DNA of 24,273 nucleotides from positions 1 through 24,273 of the forward strand of contig CALGEM010000263.1 of NCBI GenBank assembly GCA_937881505.1, read 5' to 3'. Shown one piece after another: positions 17,401 to 24,273 of this stretch (positions are counted from its first letter, which is position 1; every line of letters starts with the position of its first letter). Made by a program: the position numbers and the translations under genes. This DNA comes from an uncultured euryarchaeote. GTDB taxonomy: Archaea > Thermoplasmatota > Poseidoniia > Poseidoniales > Poseidoniaceae. The notes under the pieces are model-generated. The model ran no database searches and was not told the origin of the DNA. It worked only from the letters and a program-made list of their open reading frames with translations.

Positions 17401-17942
17401 CAAAGCGTTTGGTGATGATGATCCCGGAGGACGTCCGAGGTGAACTCAAGCAGTTTGCCAAGGACCAGCGCTTGCTGCCTCGTTTCAAGGGCGCCATGGT
17501 CGATGCCTCCACCCTTGAAGAGACGCTCAGCGAGAAGGTGATGTTGAAACTCGTGGACGAGGTGCTTTCGGAATACAGCACGTGGAGTCCAAGCGCCGAT
17601 ATGTTGGCGGATGTTCCCAGCGATTCAGACGGACTCAACGCGTTCTTGCTGCGACATAGCGATGTGTTTGAAGAACTCAGTGAACTCAAGGGCTATCGGG
17701 GCATCACTTACCGAACCACATTGGAAGGACGGGAAATCTACCCTGAATCCACCGACCTTGACATCTACCGATTGGCCATGCACCTCGCTTCGCTCCCTCT
17801 TCCCTCCATTGGAGCGGTGTTGGTGGCGACCATGGACGGTGATTTCACCTTGGTCGATCGAGCCATCGAGGAACGCTTCGGCTTCAGCGTGGCCAAGAAC
17901 CACCGCTCACTCAAACCGTGGTTGAAGCGTCAGTCCAACTGA
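14484..17942 (+). CDS. Large alpha-helical (TPR/solenoid-like) protein with a C-terminal PIN-like ribonuclease domain
   Basis: 1152-aa ORF. The C-terminus has VIVDTNVL (D931), MIPEDVRGEL (E987), STDLDIYRLA (D1091/D1093) and LVATMDGDF (D1118/D1120), the ordered PIN acidic motifs. The upstream roughly 900 aa are Leu/Ala/Glu-rich and helical. Start is TTG 14484 or ATG 14499. Confidence 0.7.
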   Translation: MDEQYMETCLKAAFSKPRSGAVRVSIMNRESAWKMLEKPLRAHLVIAAHEQEPPASDDDEDASPRRPTMNRPRGRMRRSGRQTGPPHMTWLHKPKEIIDGSPLSTAYQLATLLVHKQLDEDNWDEAWNAHENLLRETCMVEGVHPVWHTIGEKTPLLGQFLAFPKAKATKVKETTAMGTDFFWIDPRDKDAIVTVLKLASAGVNDPDIKVAMQKATNQISGGRSLDLDAPLNALEGSMAFITVLLALHAGHDVPSAARKACKKADSDLLDALEDFEHLAAGTVKDWPSLLALNRDDSLSVARRTLGWQHAPAEAEACGSSELEAGLALLEQAGVHEGRDRLTWWRLNALLNEGKQDEAVSVLEKRRLDASSDVSELLPLVVSLDSEQANAWLMRFLDDVDDQALYHIVHETALASTLRRKAAQRLCDEQGAMWEESRSVALTLLVEELDVDRLARVFAGDNMLSLSHPYMSLLVSHLAPASIDASLRPHIYACRSQAMQAIHGAEVPEVLSPLALHLLLLMEGIYKETPEVAEVLPTKALQAFSPISRALTSDGVVSATHVRNMGASLDELDLSTIERRLFDVMLLTLTMNRHLQAFNIGMAKADDINELDQLLDNSTLPLRLIQSFSILMVEHDLGLPNLVAWYQKNDPLSPWAPLARAAHFAADGDELNSAREYSRAAELFNKHRKTGGESTDWASESEDNDFALSLPLMLYRKSLIHYAHATSWAEAVELLERVPSLKTAITERFKLYLRVCHMAGKDTNAAARLVRKHVQQRKTVLEEDVEGNMVEKTRTTYNEEELDLLRNYPFEQAHLLPPEPFLGRVTAASTHISRDLRRSRTQYEHQFRQAMQGSSPSMEEIYEIAKNAAEEGAFEGLMYLERAQNSNKFSITARNRLAGVEQSLFSQYKDDIPTSKRRFLHNLSLTPLVIVDTNVLVDALVERMYQHMNLVLETNVNIIGANQFHRILLHHAQAKRLVMMIPEDVRGELKQFAKDQRLLPRFKGAMVDASTLEETLSEKVMLKLVDEVLSEYSTWSPSADMLADVPSDSDGLNAFLLRHSDVFEELSELKGYRGITYRTTLEGREIYPESTDLDIYRLAMHLASLPLPSIGAVLVATMDGDFTLVDRAIEERFGFSVAKNHRSLKPWLKRQSN

Positions 17943-18016
17943 GCATTGTCTCGTTTGGTTGTGCTTACAGCTCACACTGCTTATGACGAGGGCAACGGGG
18001 TCGTTGACGACTCAAC

Positions 18017-19243
18017 TCACATGTGTTGAATCATGGCCTCGCCAAAGGCGCTGCAAGAGAGCAGCGTGGCGTCGTCCATCAAGCGCTCAAAGTCGTAGGT
18101 GACCGTCTTGTTGGAGATGGCGCCTTCCATGCCCTTGACGATGAGGTCGGCGGCTTCTCGCCATCCCATGTGGCGCAGCATCATTTCGGCGGAGAGGATG
18201 AGGGAGCCGGGGTTGACCTTGTCTTGTCCGGCGTACTTGGGAGCCGTGCCGTGGGTGGCTTCGAAGATGGAAATACCCGTGTCGTAGTTGATGTTGGCGC
18301 CCGGAGCGATACCGATGCCGCCGACCTGTGCAGCCAGAGCGTCGGAAATGTAGTCGCCGTTGAGGTTCATCGTGGTCAACACGCTGTACTCGGCAGGTCG
18401 GGTGATAATCTGCTGGAGCATGGCGTCGGCGATGACGTCCTTGATGATGATCTCGTTGCCGGTGTTCGGGTTGGTGAGCGTGCACCATGGGCCACCGTCA
18501 AGTTCGGTTGCCCCGAACTCTTCCTGAGCAAGGGTGTAGCCCCAATCTCGGAAACCACCCTCAGTGAACTTCATGATGTTGCCTTTGTGTACCAAGGTGA
18601 CGCTTGGTTGGTCGTTATCGATGGCGTACTGAATGGCAGCACGAACGATGCGAGCCGTTCCTTCCTTGGAGACGGGCTTGATGCCAATACCTGAGGTGTT
18701 GGGGAATCGAATTTTGTCAACGCCCATCTCGTTTTGCAGGAAATCGATGACGCGCTTCACTTCGTCGCTTTCCGCTTCCCATTCAATGCCCGCATAGACG
18801 TCCTCGCTGTTCTCTCGGAAGATGATCATGTCAACGTCTTGTGGCGCCTTGACAGGTGAAGGTGTGCCGTCGTACCAGCGGACGGGGCGAACACAGGCGT
18901 AGAGGTCGAGCTTCTGTCGCAGGGCGACGTTGAGCGAGCGAATGCCGCCGCCGACAGGCGTGGTCAAGGGTCCCTTGATGGAAACCAAACCGGATTTCAT
19001 GGCGTCAAGGGTGGCTTGTGGAAGCCATTCACCGGTGGCGTTGAAGGCTTTCTCACCAGCGAGCACCTCAGACCACACGATGCCTTTCTCGCCGCCGTAG
19101 GCTTTCTCCACAGCTGCGTTGACCACGCGAATCATGACGGGCGTGATGTCAACACCAATGCCGTCGCCCTCAATGTAGTGAATCACGGGGTCGTTGGGGA
19201 CCTTGAGTTGGCCGTCTTCCATGGTTACCGGTGTACCTGTCAT
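18017..19243 (-). CDS. icd: NADP-dependent isocitrate dehydrogenase (E. coli-type dimeric)
   Basis: [102 protein letters not shown]. Start is 19255, 19252 or 19243. Confidence 0.97.
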   Translation of the reverse strand: MTGTPVTMEDGQLKVPNDPVIHYIEGDGIGVDITPVMIRVVNAAVEKAYGGEKGIVWSEVLAGEKAFNATGEWLPQATLDAMKSGLVSIKGPLTTPVGGGIRSLNVALRQKLDLYACVRPVRWYDGTPSPVKAPQDVDMIIFRENSEDVYAGIEWEAESDEVKRVIDFLQNEMGVDKIRFPNTSGIGIKPVSKEGTARIVRAAIQYAIDNDQPSVTLVHKGNIMKFTEGGFRDWGYTLAQEEFGATELDGGPWCTLTNPNTGNEIIIKDVIADAMLQQIITRPAEYSVLTTMNLNGDYISDALAAQVGGIGIAPGANINYDTGISIFEATHGTAPKYAGQDKVNPGSLILSAEMMLRHMGWREAADLIVKGMEGAISNKTVTYDFERLMDDATLLSCSAFGEAMIQHM

Positions 19244-19301
19244 GTCTCTCATCATCGCCCACCAACCTCTCCTTCAAGAATGAACCGCCCCTGCCCTGTG
19301 C

Positions 19302-19697
19302 ATGCAAGGGCGCGTGGAGTGGACGGGCGGGACCTCAATGGACGGCATCAACGCAGCAGGCCAACGAATCGCGATGGACTGGGAATCCGGCCCTTCGCCC
19401 ATGCAATTGACCCTCCAGATGGTCGGTGCGTGTTCGCTCGTCGACGTGGTCATCGGACTCAAAGAGCGCCCGTTCACCAAGGCCTGGGTGGACTTGGATT
19501 CAACCCGAGCCGAAACGAAGCCTCGTCGCTTCACCTCCATCACCATGGTCTATCACGTGGTGGGCGATGTCCCGCAAAAGTTGGTGGAGCGCGTGGTGGC
19601 CAAAAGTCACGAGAAGTACTGCAGCGTGTCAGCAACGCTTGACCCGGACATGCCCATTGACTGGCGTGTGGAAATCCATTCGCCTTCAGAGGCTTGA
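19302..19697 (+). CDS. OsmC/YhfA family protein
   Basis: GPSPMQL...GACS and the C-terminal EKYCSV Cys pair; KPRRFTSITMVY. Divergent from icd. Confidence 0.88.
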   Translation: MQGRVEWTGGTSMDGINAAGQRIAMDWESGPSPMQLTLQMVGACSLVDVVIGLKERPFTKAWVDLDSTRAETKPRRFTSITMVYHVVGDVPQKLVERVVAKSHEKYCSVSATLDPDMPIDWRVEIHSPSEA

Positions 19698-20231
19698 TGG
19701 GCGTCCCTGTTGAGAAAGCGCATCGGTCAAGGCCTTGCACAGGGAATCGTACACCGGTTTCCATCGGGCGTGCAGACCACGAGGCGCGGCCATTGGCTTC
19801 CAAGCATCCTCAACCGCCAGGACCGTGGCGAAGGGCTTGATTTGCTCCCCGCCCATGTCGATGATGAGCGAAAGGTGGTATGCATCTCGGTCGCGTTGAA
19901 CTTTGAGGCTGGTCATGTCCACACGGCCTCCTGAGACGGAAGCGGCGAGGCGCTCGTGGTCAAGCAGGTCACGGGCGAGCGTAGCCAGGAGGGCTTCGAT
20001 CGTCTCGCTTGAAACGACGGGCGTGGGTGCGAACATGTCGTGAACCGTTTCTTCTTCCTCTTCGTCGTCATCGTCCATGAACGCAGCGAGTGGGTCGTAG
20101 GCTTGGGTGGGCGCCTCGTCGGTTGAAACCGGGGTATTCAAGCCCAATGCATCGTAAATATCGATGTCTTCTTCTTCCGTATCGGGGAGAGTGAATGCAT
20201 CAATCATGGTAATCATTGGCAACCTCTTCAT
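19686..20231 (-). CDS. Hypothetical protein with an acidic disordered N-half and a small folded C-domain
   Basis: DTEEEDID and MDDDDEEEEET tracts. The 3' end overlaps the OsmC 3' end by 12 nt. Start is 20231, 20216 or 20207. Confidence 0.7.
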   Translation of the reverse strand: MKRLPMITMIDAFTLPDTEEEDIDIYDALGLNTPVSTDEAPTQAYDPLAAFMDDDDEEEEETVHDMFAPTPVVSSETIEALLATLARDLLDHERLAASVSGGRVDMTSLKVQRDRDAYHLSLIIDMGGEQIKPFATVLAVEDAWKPMAAPRGLHARWKPVYDSLCKALTDALSQQGRPSSL

Positions 20232-20319
20232 ACTTAATGCATGGTTTCTGGTGAACCTTCGTGCATCATGGTTTCAAGCAAAAAGTAAGCCTCATACCGA
20301 CCCGCACACTGGAAGCATC

Positions 20320-20931
20320 ATGTTCGGCCGACGCACGCTGATTGTGGCGGCCCTTTTCCTCGGCTTGTTGGTAAATCAAGCCGTTGTTGCTTCCCCAAAC
20401 GGTTTGGGGGCAGAAGCCAACGAGGGATGCCTCTGCCATACGGCTGTGGACACCACACAGGTCCTACTTTCTGGACTACCGGAAGCCTACGAAGCCAACA
20501 CTACCTATGACTTGACGTTGGAGGTTATCAGCGCGGTTGAAGCGGTGGACGACCGGTCCCAAGGTGGGTTCAGATTGCTGGTGTCTGAGGGCACCATGAC
20601 CTACGATAACGCCTCCGTTCAGCGTCTGGACAACGGGTGGACACACACCTACAATGGCTCCTACCTGCGAATGTGGACGTTCACATGGACTTCGCCGGCC
20701 AACAACGACAGCACGACCACGTTCACCGTCCATGGAAACGCCGTCAACGGAAATAACGCACAGACGGGCGATGCATGGTCGACACTGGAAACGGTTGTCC
20801 CTGGTGTGCTTTACGAGGGCAACCTTTCCCCCGAGGAGGGCATCGATGGTGTGAGTCAAACGGACCGTATCGTCCTCGTTGCAGGTCTTTTGCTCATCCT
20901 CGGGCTGCTCTGGTCGGTGGCCCGGCCCTGA
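20320..20931 (+). CDS. Secreted, C-terminally anchored Reeler-like (choice-of-anchor V-like) domain protein
   Basis: Signal peptide MFGRRTLIVAALFLGLLVNQAVVA, then GCLCH, SGLPEAYEANTTYDLTL, GGFRL, WTH, WTFTWTSP, FTVHGNAVNGN...GD. C-terminal TM IVLVAGLLLILGLLWSV. Four N-x-S/T sequons. Start trimmed to ATG 20320. Confidence 0.75.
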   Translation: MFGRRTLIVAALFLGLLVNQAVVASPNGLGAEANEGCLCHTAVDTTQVLLSGLPEAYEANTTYDLTLEVISAVEAVDDRSQGGFRLLVSEGTMTYDNASVQRLDNGWTHTYNGSYLRMWTFTWTSPANNDSTTTFTVHGNAVNGNNAQTGDAWSTLETVVPGVLYEGNLSPEEGIDGVSQTDRIVLVAGLLLILGLLWSVARP

Positions 20932-22083
20932 TCAGTTGACGAACTCGATTTGTCGGTTGCGAAGCGCTCGGAGTTGTCGGTTCTCGGTGGAACCGTGGAT
21001 TTGGTCGCTCTTCACGCCGGTCAGCACCAACATGACCCGGAGTTCGTCACCGAGTTCTTCTCGTACAGCGGCGCCCCAGATGATCTTTGCATTTGGTGAG
21101 ATTTGTTCTTTGATGAGCTGCGAACAGCGCTCGGCTTCACCCAAGGTCAGACTGCTTCCACCCACCACGTTGATGAGGGCACCACGAGCATCACTCATGT
21201 CCAAATCGAGGAGCGGTGAGTGCAAGGCTTCCATGGTGGCAGCGTCAGCACGACCCGGGCCCTTGGCACTGCCAAGCCCAATCATGGCCACACCAGCGCC
21301 GGAATTGACAATGGACTTCAAGTCCTCAAAGTCAAGGTTGACCATGCCGTCGGTTGTCAGCAATTCTGTGACGCCGGTGATGGACCGCACCAATAATTCA
21401 TCACCGACTCGGAACGCACTGGCGATGGGCAAGTCCTTGACGCCCTCAATTTCAAGCAAGCGTTCGTTGGGAATGACCAGGATGGTGTCGCAGTGTTCAC
21501 GAAGACGCTCCAGCCCCCATTCTGCGTTTTGCTTACGAAGGGATCCTTCGGATTTGAAGGGGTAGGTGACCACGGCGATGGTCATGGCGCCTTGGGCTTT
21601 GGCGAGTCGGGCAATGTGGCCTGCAGCCCCCGTTCCCGAACCTCCACCCATACCGGCCGTGATGATGGCGAGTTGGGTGTCGTTGGTGATGCGTCGCAAC
21701 ACGCGTTCGGATTCCAGAGCAGCGGCTTCGCCCTTGGTTGGGTCGCCACCAGCGCCTCGTCCTCGCGCTGTACGGCCGATCAGGACCTTTTCTTGAATGG
21801 GTGATTGAAGCAGAGCCTGGGCATCCGTGTTGATGGCGTACCCGGTCACGTAGGAAGACTCGAACAATTTCTCATCGAACAAGCGGTTGATGGCGTTGCA
21901 GCCTGCGCCACCGACGCCGTAAACTCGGATTCGTGGTTGAAGAGACTCGAGGAGTGCTTTCAGTTCTTCATCAGAGCCTTGGCCTGGGACCTCATCGTGT
22001 TGGACCACACGTTGCTCCTCTTCGGAGAGTTCCAGTACCCGTTCAATCAAATGGCGCATGGCCACATTTTCGATTGTGGACAT
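20932..22083 (-). CDS. ftsZ: Cell division protein FtsZ (archaeal FtsZ1-like)
   Basis: VYGVGGAGCNAINRL, INTDAQAL, GAGGDP..GEAAA, GMGGGSGTG, TYPFKSEG...R, VIPNERL, T7 loop NLDFED, IIWGA. The N-terminal SDEELKALLESL and C-terminal IEFV resemble FtsZ1. Start trimmed to ATG 22083. Confidence 0.95.
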   Translation of the reverse strand: MSTIENVAMRHLIERVLELSEEEQRVVQHDEVPGQGSDEELKALLESLQPRIRVYGVGGAGCNAINRLFDEKLFESSYVTGYAINTDAQALLQSPIQEKVLIGRTARGRGAGGDPTKGEAAALESERVLRRITNDTQLAIITAGMGGGSGTGAAGHIARLAKAQGAMTIAVVTYPFKSEGSLRKQNAEWGLERLREHCDTILVIPNERLLEIEGVKDLPIASAFRVGDELLVRSITGVTELLTTDGMVNLDFEDLKSIVNSGAGVAMIGLGSAKGPGRADAATMEALHSPLLDLDMSDARGALINVVGGSSLTLGEAERCSQLIKEQISPNAKIIWGAAVREELGDELRVMLVLTGVKSDQIHGSTENRQLRALRNRQIEFVN

Positions 22084-22148
22084 TTTCAATGTGCCGCCCT
22101 CACAGGGGCACAGGAGCCGAGTTTTCGGGGCCGTGAACGGAAGCCGAA

Positions 22149-23183
22149 TTAGTCGCGTAGACCTTCTTCGCACACCTGGTAGACGCACTCACCGTCGGGG
22201 AGGTTTGGCGAGTCGACCAGACGAGCGATTCGTCGTCCGCCTTTGGCTTTGCGCAGGTAGAGGCGGAAGGTGCTGGCGTGGGCGAGGATGTGGCCACCGA
22301 TGGGCTTGGTCGGGTCGCCCCACATGGCGTCGGGCTTGGAATGCACCTGATTGGTGACAAGCACGAGCGCGTTGTTGACATCGGCGAGTTTCTTCAAGTC
22401 CTTCAGGTGGCTGTTGAGCTTTTGCTGGCGTCGGGCGAGCATGCCTCGTCCAATGAACTCAGCACGGAAGTGGCTGGTCAAGGAGTCGACGATGATCATC
22501 TTGACGTTCAATCCCTTGCTCATTCGCTTGATTTCATCGGCCAAGAGCATTTGGTGAGCGGAGTTGTACGCACGGGCGACGTGAATGCGGGAGAGGACAT
22601 AATCCGGGTCCAATCCGTGTCCGCGGGCCATCTGTGTGATGCGCTCAGGTCGGAAGGTGTCTTCCGTGTCGATGTAGAAGACATCGCCGTCGAGGCCACC
22701 TTGGTCGACCGGGAGGGTGCAGTTCACGGCGAGTTGGTGTCCAATCTGGGTCTTTCCGCTACCGAATTCACCGTAGACTTCCACCAAAGCTTGGGTCTCG
22801 AATCCACCACCGAGGAGGTCGTCGATTGACTGTACCTTGGAGGAGAGTTTCTGAACTTCCCGGCGGCGCTCGAGGAGTGCATCACCGGAGACGAAGCCAC
22901 CGATGTTGGCCATCTTCTTGGCTGCGGCGATGATTTTGGCCGAAACCGCTTCACCGAGTTCTGCTTCTTCGGCAAGATCTGCTGGTGACATAACAGCGAG
23001 GCCCAGGAGTTCTTCAAAACCGGCTTCTCGCAACTTTTCCGCGGTCGCAGGTCCAACACCTGGGAGGTCTTCGATGGTCACTTTGACCTCTTCTTCCTCG
23101 GTCATTGGCATGACCTCTTCTTCCACCGGTGCTTCATTCTTTTCAACTTCAATGCTGACTTTTTTCTTTGATTTTGTTGGCAT
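22149..23183 (-). CDS. radA: DNA repair and recombination protein RadA
   Basis: HhH domain [15 protein letters not shown], Walker [22 protein letters not shown], Walker [36 protein letters not shown]. No intein. ATG 23183 (GTG 23198 is an alternative). Confidence 0.97.
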   Translation of the reverse strand: MPTKSKKKVSIEVEKNEAPVEEEVMPMTEEEEVKVTIEDLPGVGPATAEKLREAGFEELLGLAVMSPADLAEEAELGEAVSAKIIAAAKKMANIGGFVSGDALLERRREVQKLSSKVQSIDDLLGGGFETQALVEVYGEFGSGKTQIGHQLAVNCTLPVDQGGLDGDVFYIDTEDTFRPERITQMARGHGLDPDYVLSRIHVARAYNSAHQMLLADEIKRMSKGLNVKMIIVDSLTSHFRAEFIGRGMLARRQQKLNSHLKDLKKLADVNNALVLVTNQVHSKPDAMWGDPTKPIGGHILAHASTFRLYLRKAKGGRRIARLVDSPNLPDGECVYQVCEEGLRD

Positions 23184-23219
23184 GTTCCATCCCTTCACTC
23201 CGATGGTGGTATGCTTCCC

Positions 23220-23227
23220 TATATGAA
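23220..23227 (-). promoter_or_regulatory. Possible TATA box for radA
   Basis: The minus strand reads ttcatata about 37-44 nt upstream of ATG 23183. It is an imperfect match to the consensus. Confidence 0.3.
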
Positions 23228-23309
23228 GAAACGAAGGAGGGCGCGGTCGGAAGACCCCCCTTTAATCCTCAAATTTGAATTGTTGGTGGCAGAGCAGTGC
23301 AACGAATGG

Positions 23310-23347
23310 TTCACTTTTCGTTTTGATTTCGTCAAACTGAAAGTGAA
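23310..23347. repeat. Imperfect long hairpin straddling the stop codon of the PKD lipoprotein gene
   Basis: ttcacttt (23310-23317) pairs with aaagtgaa (23340-23347). Inner tttga (23322-23326) pairs with tcaaa (23332-23336). Confidence 0.6.
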
Positions 23348-24174
23348 TCAGATTCCTGCTCGGTCGCTTCCGTCGCGAGTGGGTTGGGTGGGGACTCAAT
23401 GGCCTCGTAGGCAATGGTGACGATGTGATGAATGTCGATGGAATCGTTTCCTGCGTCAATGCTGACGTTGAGGTTCCAATCTCCCCCTTCCACGTTGTAT
23501 TGGCTGTGGGTCCACGACGCTTCTTGGCCATCACCGATCTGTTCGGTGTGGAAGGCTTGCTCTTCACCTTCGGGGTCGTCGAGGTGCCACGTGACCGTAA
23601 TTTGTGTTCCCGGGATGATGTCGTTCCGGTTTGTTATGGTGGACTGCACTGCCAAATGCTCGGGCGTGGGGCATTGGCAATCGGGAGAAGTGGCCAACAC
23701 CATGGCATCGGGATCTTCGGTGTTCGTTTGGGTCCAATCGATTTCCTTGTCAATGCGCAAGATGAGTTCCATCGACGCCTCGTTATCGCTTTCGTCCGTG
23801 GCCGACAAAGTGGCCGTGAACATGCCATGTGTCTGGTAGGTGTAGGTGATTTCAGCCTGGTCGTTCGCGTTGACGGTCACGGCATTAACCCCCTCCTCGT
23901 CGTCGCCGGGGTCAAAGGTGAACGTCTTCATTCCGCCTGCCTTTGAGGTCACTCGAGCGAAATCAAAGGACAATTCCACGCCGGTTGTGGACAAGACAGC
24001 ACCGTTTTGAACGCGCTCGGTGATGGTGCCGGCCGTCGCATCGTAGTGGACGTTCATGGAGATGGGACTGTTGTCTTTCTCACTGCCCTCGCCTCCGAGA
24101 CAACCTGCCAGCGAAGCTGCAAGAAGGACGGCGAGCACGGCCATCGTCTTGGTACGCTCGGCTCGCATGGGCAT
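23332..24174 (-). CDS. Predicted lipoprotein with a PKD-like Ig domain
   Basis: Lipobox VLLAASLAGC. PKD-like LSFDF...FTFDPGD...ITYTYQTHGMFTATLSATD. A second beta-rich domain begins near CQCP. Start is 24189 (GTG), 24174, 24168 or 24144. Confidence 0.8.
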   Translation of the reverse strand: MPMRAERTKTMAVLAVLLAASLAGCLGGEGSEKDNSPISMNVHYDATAGTITERVQNGAVLSTTGVELSFDFARVTSKAGGMKTFTFDPGDDEEGVNAVTVNANDQAEITYTYQTHGMFTATLSATDESDNEASMELILRIDKEIDWTQTNTEDPDAMVLATSPDCQCPTPEHLAVQSTITNRNDIIPGTQITVTWHLDDPEGEEQAFHTEQIGDGQEASWTHSQYNVEGGDWNLNVSIDAGNDSIDIHHIVTIAYEAIESPPNPLATEATEQESDSLSV

Positions 24175-24273
24175 GGTAGGTCGCACCACCTCATGAAACC
24201 ACCCGTTTTCATGATGGGCTGGAGACGGTGGTTTGAAAACGGTGAACCGTGGCGGGCAAAGTAGCGAGGTGGG

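Noticed and set aside
20240-20275. 9-bp direct repeat catggtttc (20240-20248 and 20267-20275) in a divergent spacer
   Set aside because: Only two short copies; it cannot be distinguished from chance without comparative data. Not CRISPR-like.
22084-22188. 35-aa N-terminal extension of FtsZ overlapping radA
   Set aside because: FtsZ1-like sequence begins at MSTIEN (22083). The extension overlaps the radA 3' end and the hairpin-containing spacer.
22149-23183. Intein in RadA
   Set aside because: The length (344 aa from ATG 23183) and contiguous Walker A region leave no room for an insertion.
1-24273. CRISPR array, tRNA/rRNA, transposase/integrase or prophage genes
   Set aside because: I saw no regularly spaced repeats, tRNA-like T-loop/acceptor patterns or mobile-element motifs by eye. 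A tRNAscan/Infernal run would be needed to exclude small RNAs formally.

Overview
Gene-dense, GC-rich archaeal chromosomal segment with about 24 CDS. The archaeal call rests on RadA with an N-terminal HhH domain, an FtsZ1-like protein, TATA/BRE-type promoters and an LAGC lipobox protein. The mix with bacterial-type housekeeping genes (MaeB-PTA fusion, E. coli-type Icd, Apt, RlmH, MMPL, PduO-type adenosyltransferase) suggests Marine Group II Euryarchaeota (Ca. Poseidoniales); this is inferred from gene content, not from a search. I found no rRNA, tRNA, CRISPR array, integrase or transposase. The best novelty candidate is a 1152-aa helical-repeat protein with an apparently intact C-terminal PIN nuclease domain (14484-17942). 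It is divergently paired with an unannotated 156-aa membrane protein carrying the four-His cytochrome b561 pattern (13886-14356). Other points of interest are a Reeler/choice-of-anchor-V-like surface protein with a CxCH motif, a purine/nucleotide-salvage neighbourhood, an mPGES-2-like GST operon with a degenerate FGE-sulfatase membrane protein, and several intergenic stem-loops, two of which cover putative ribosome-binding sites. All family assignments come from motif recognition by eye; no database searches were run. Start codons were often trimmed relative to the ORF track.
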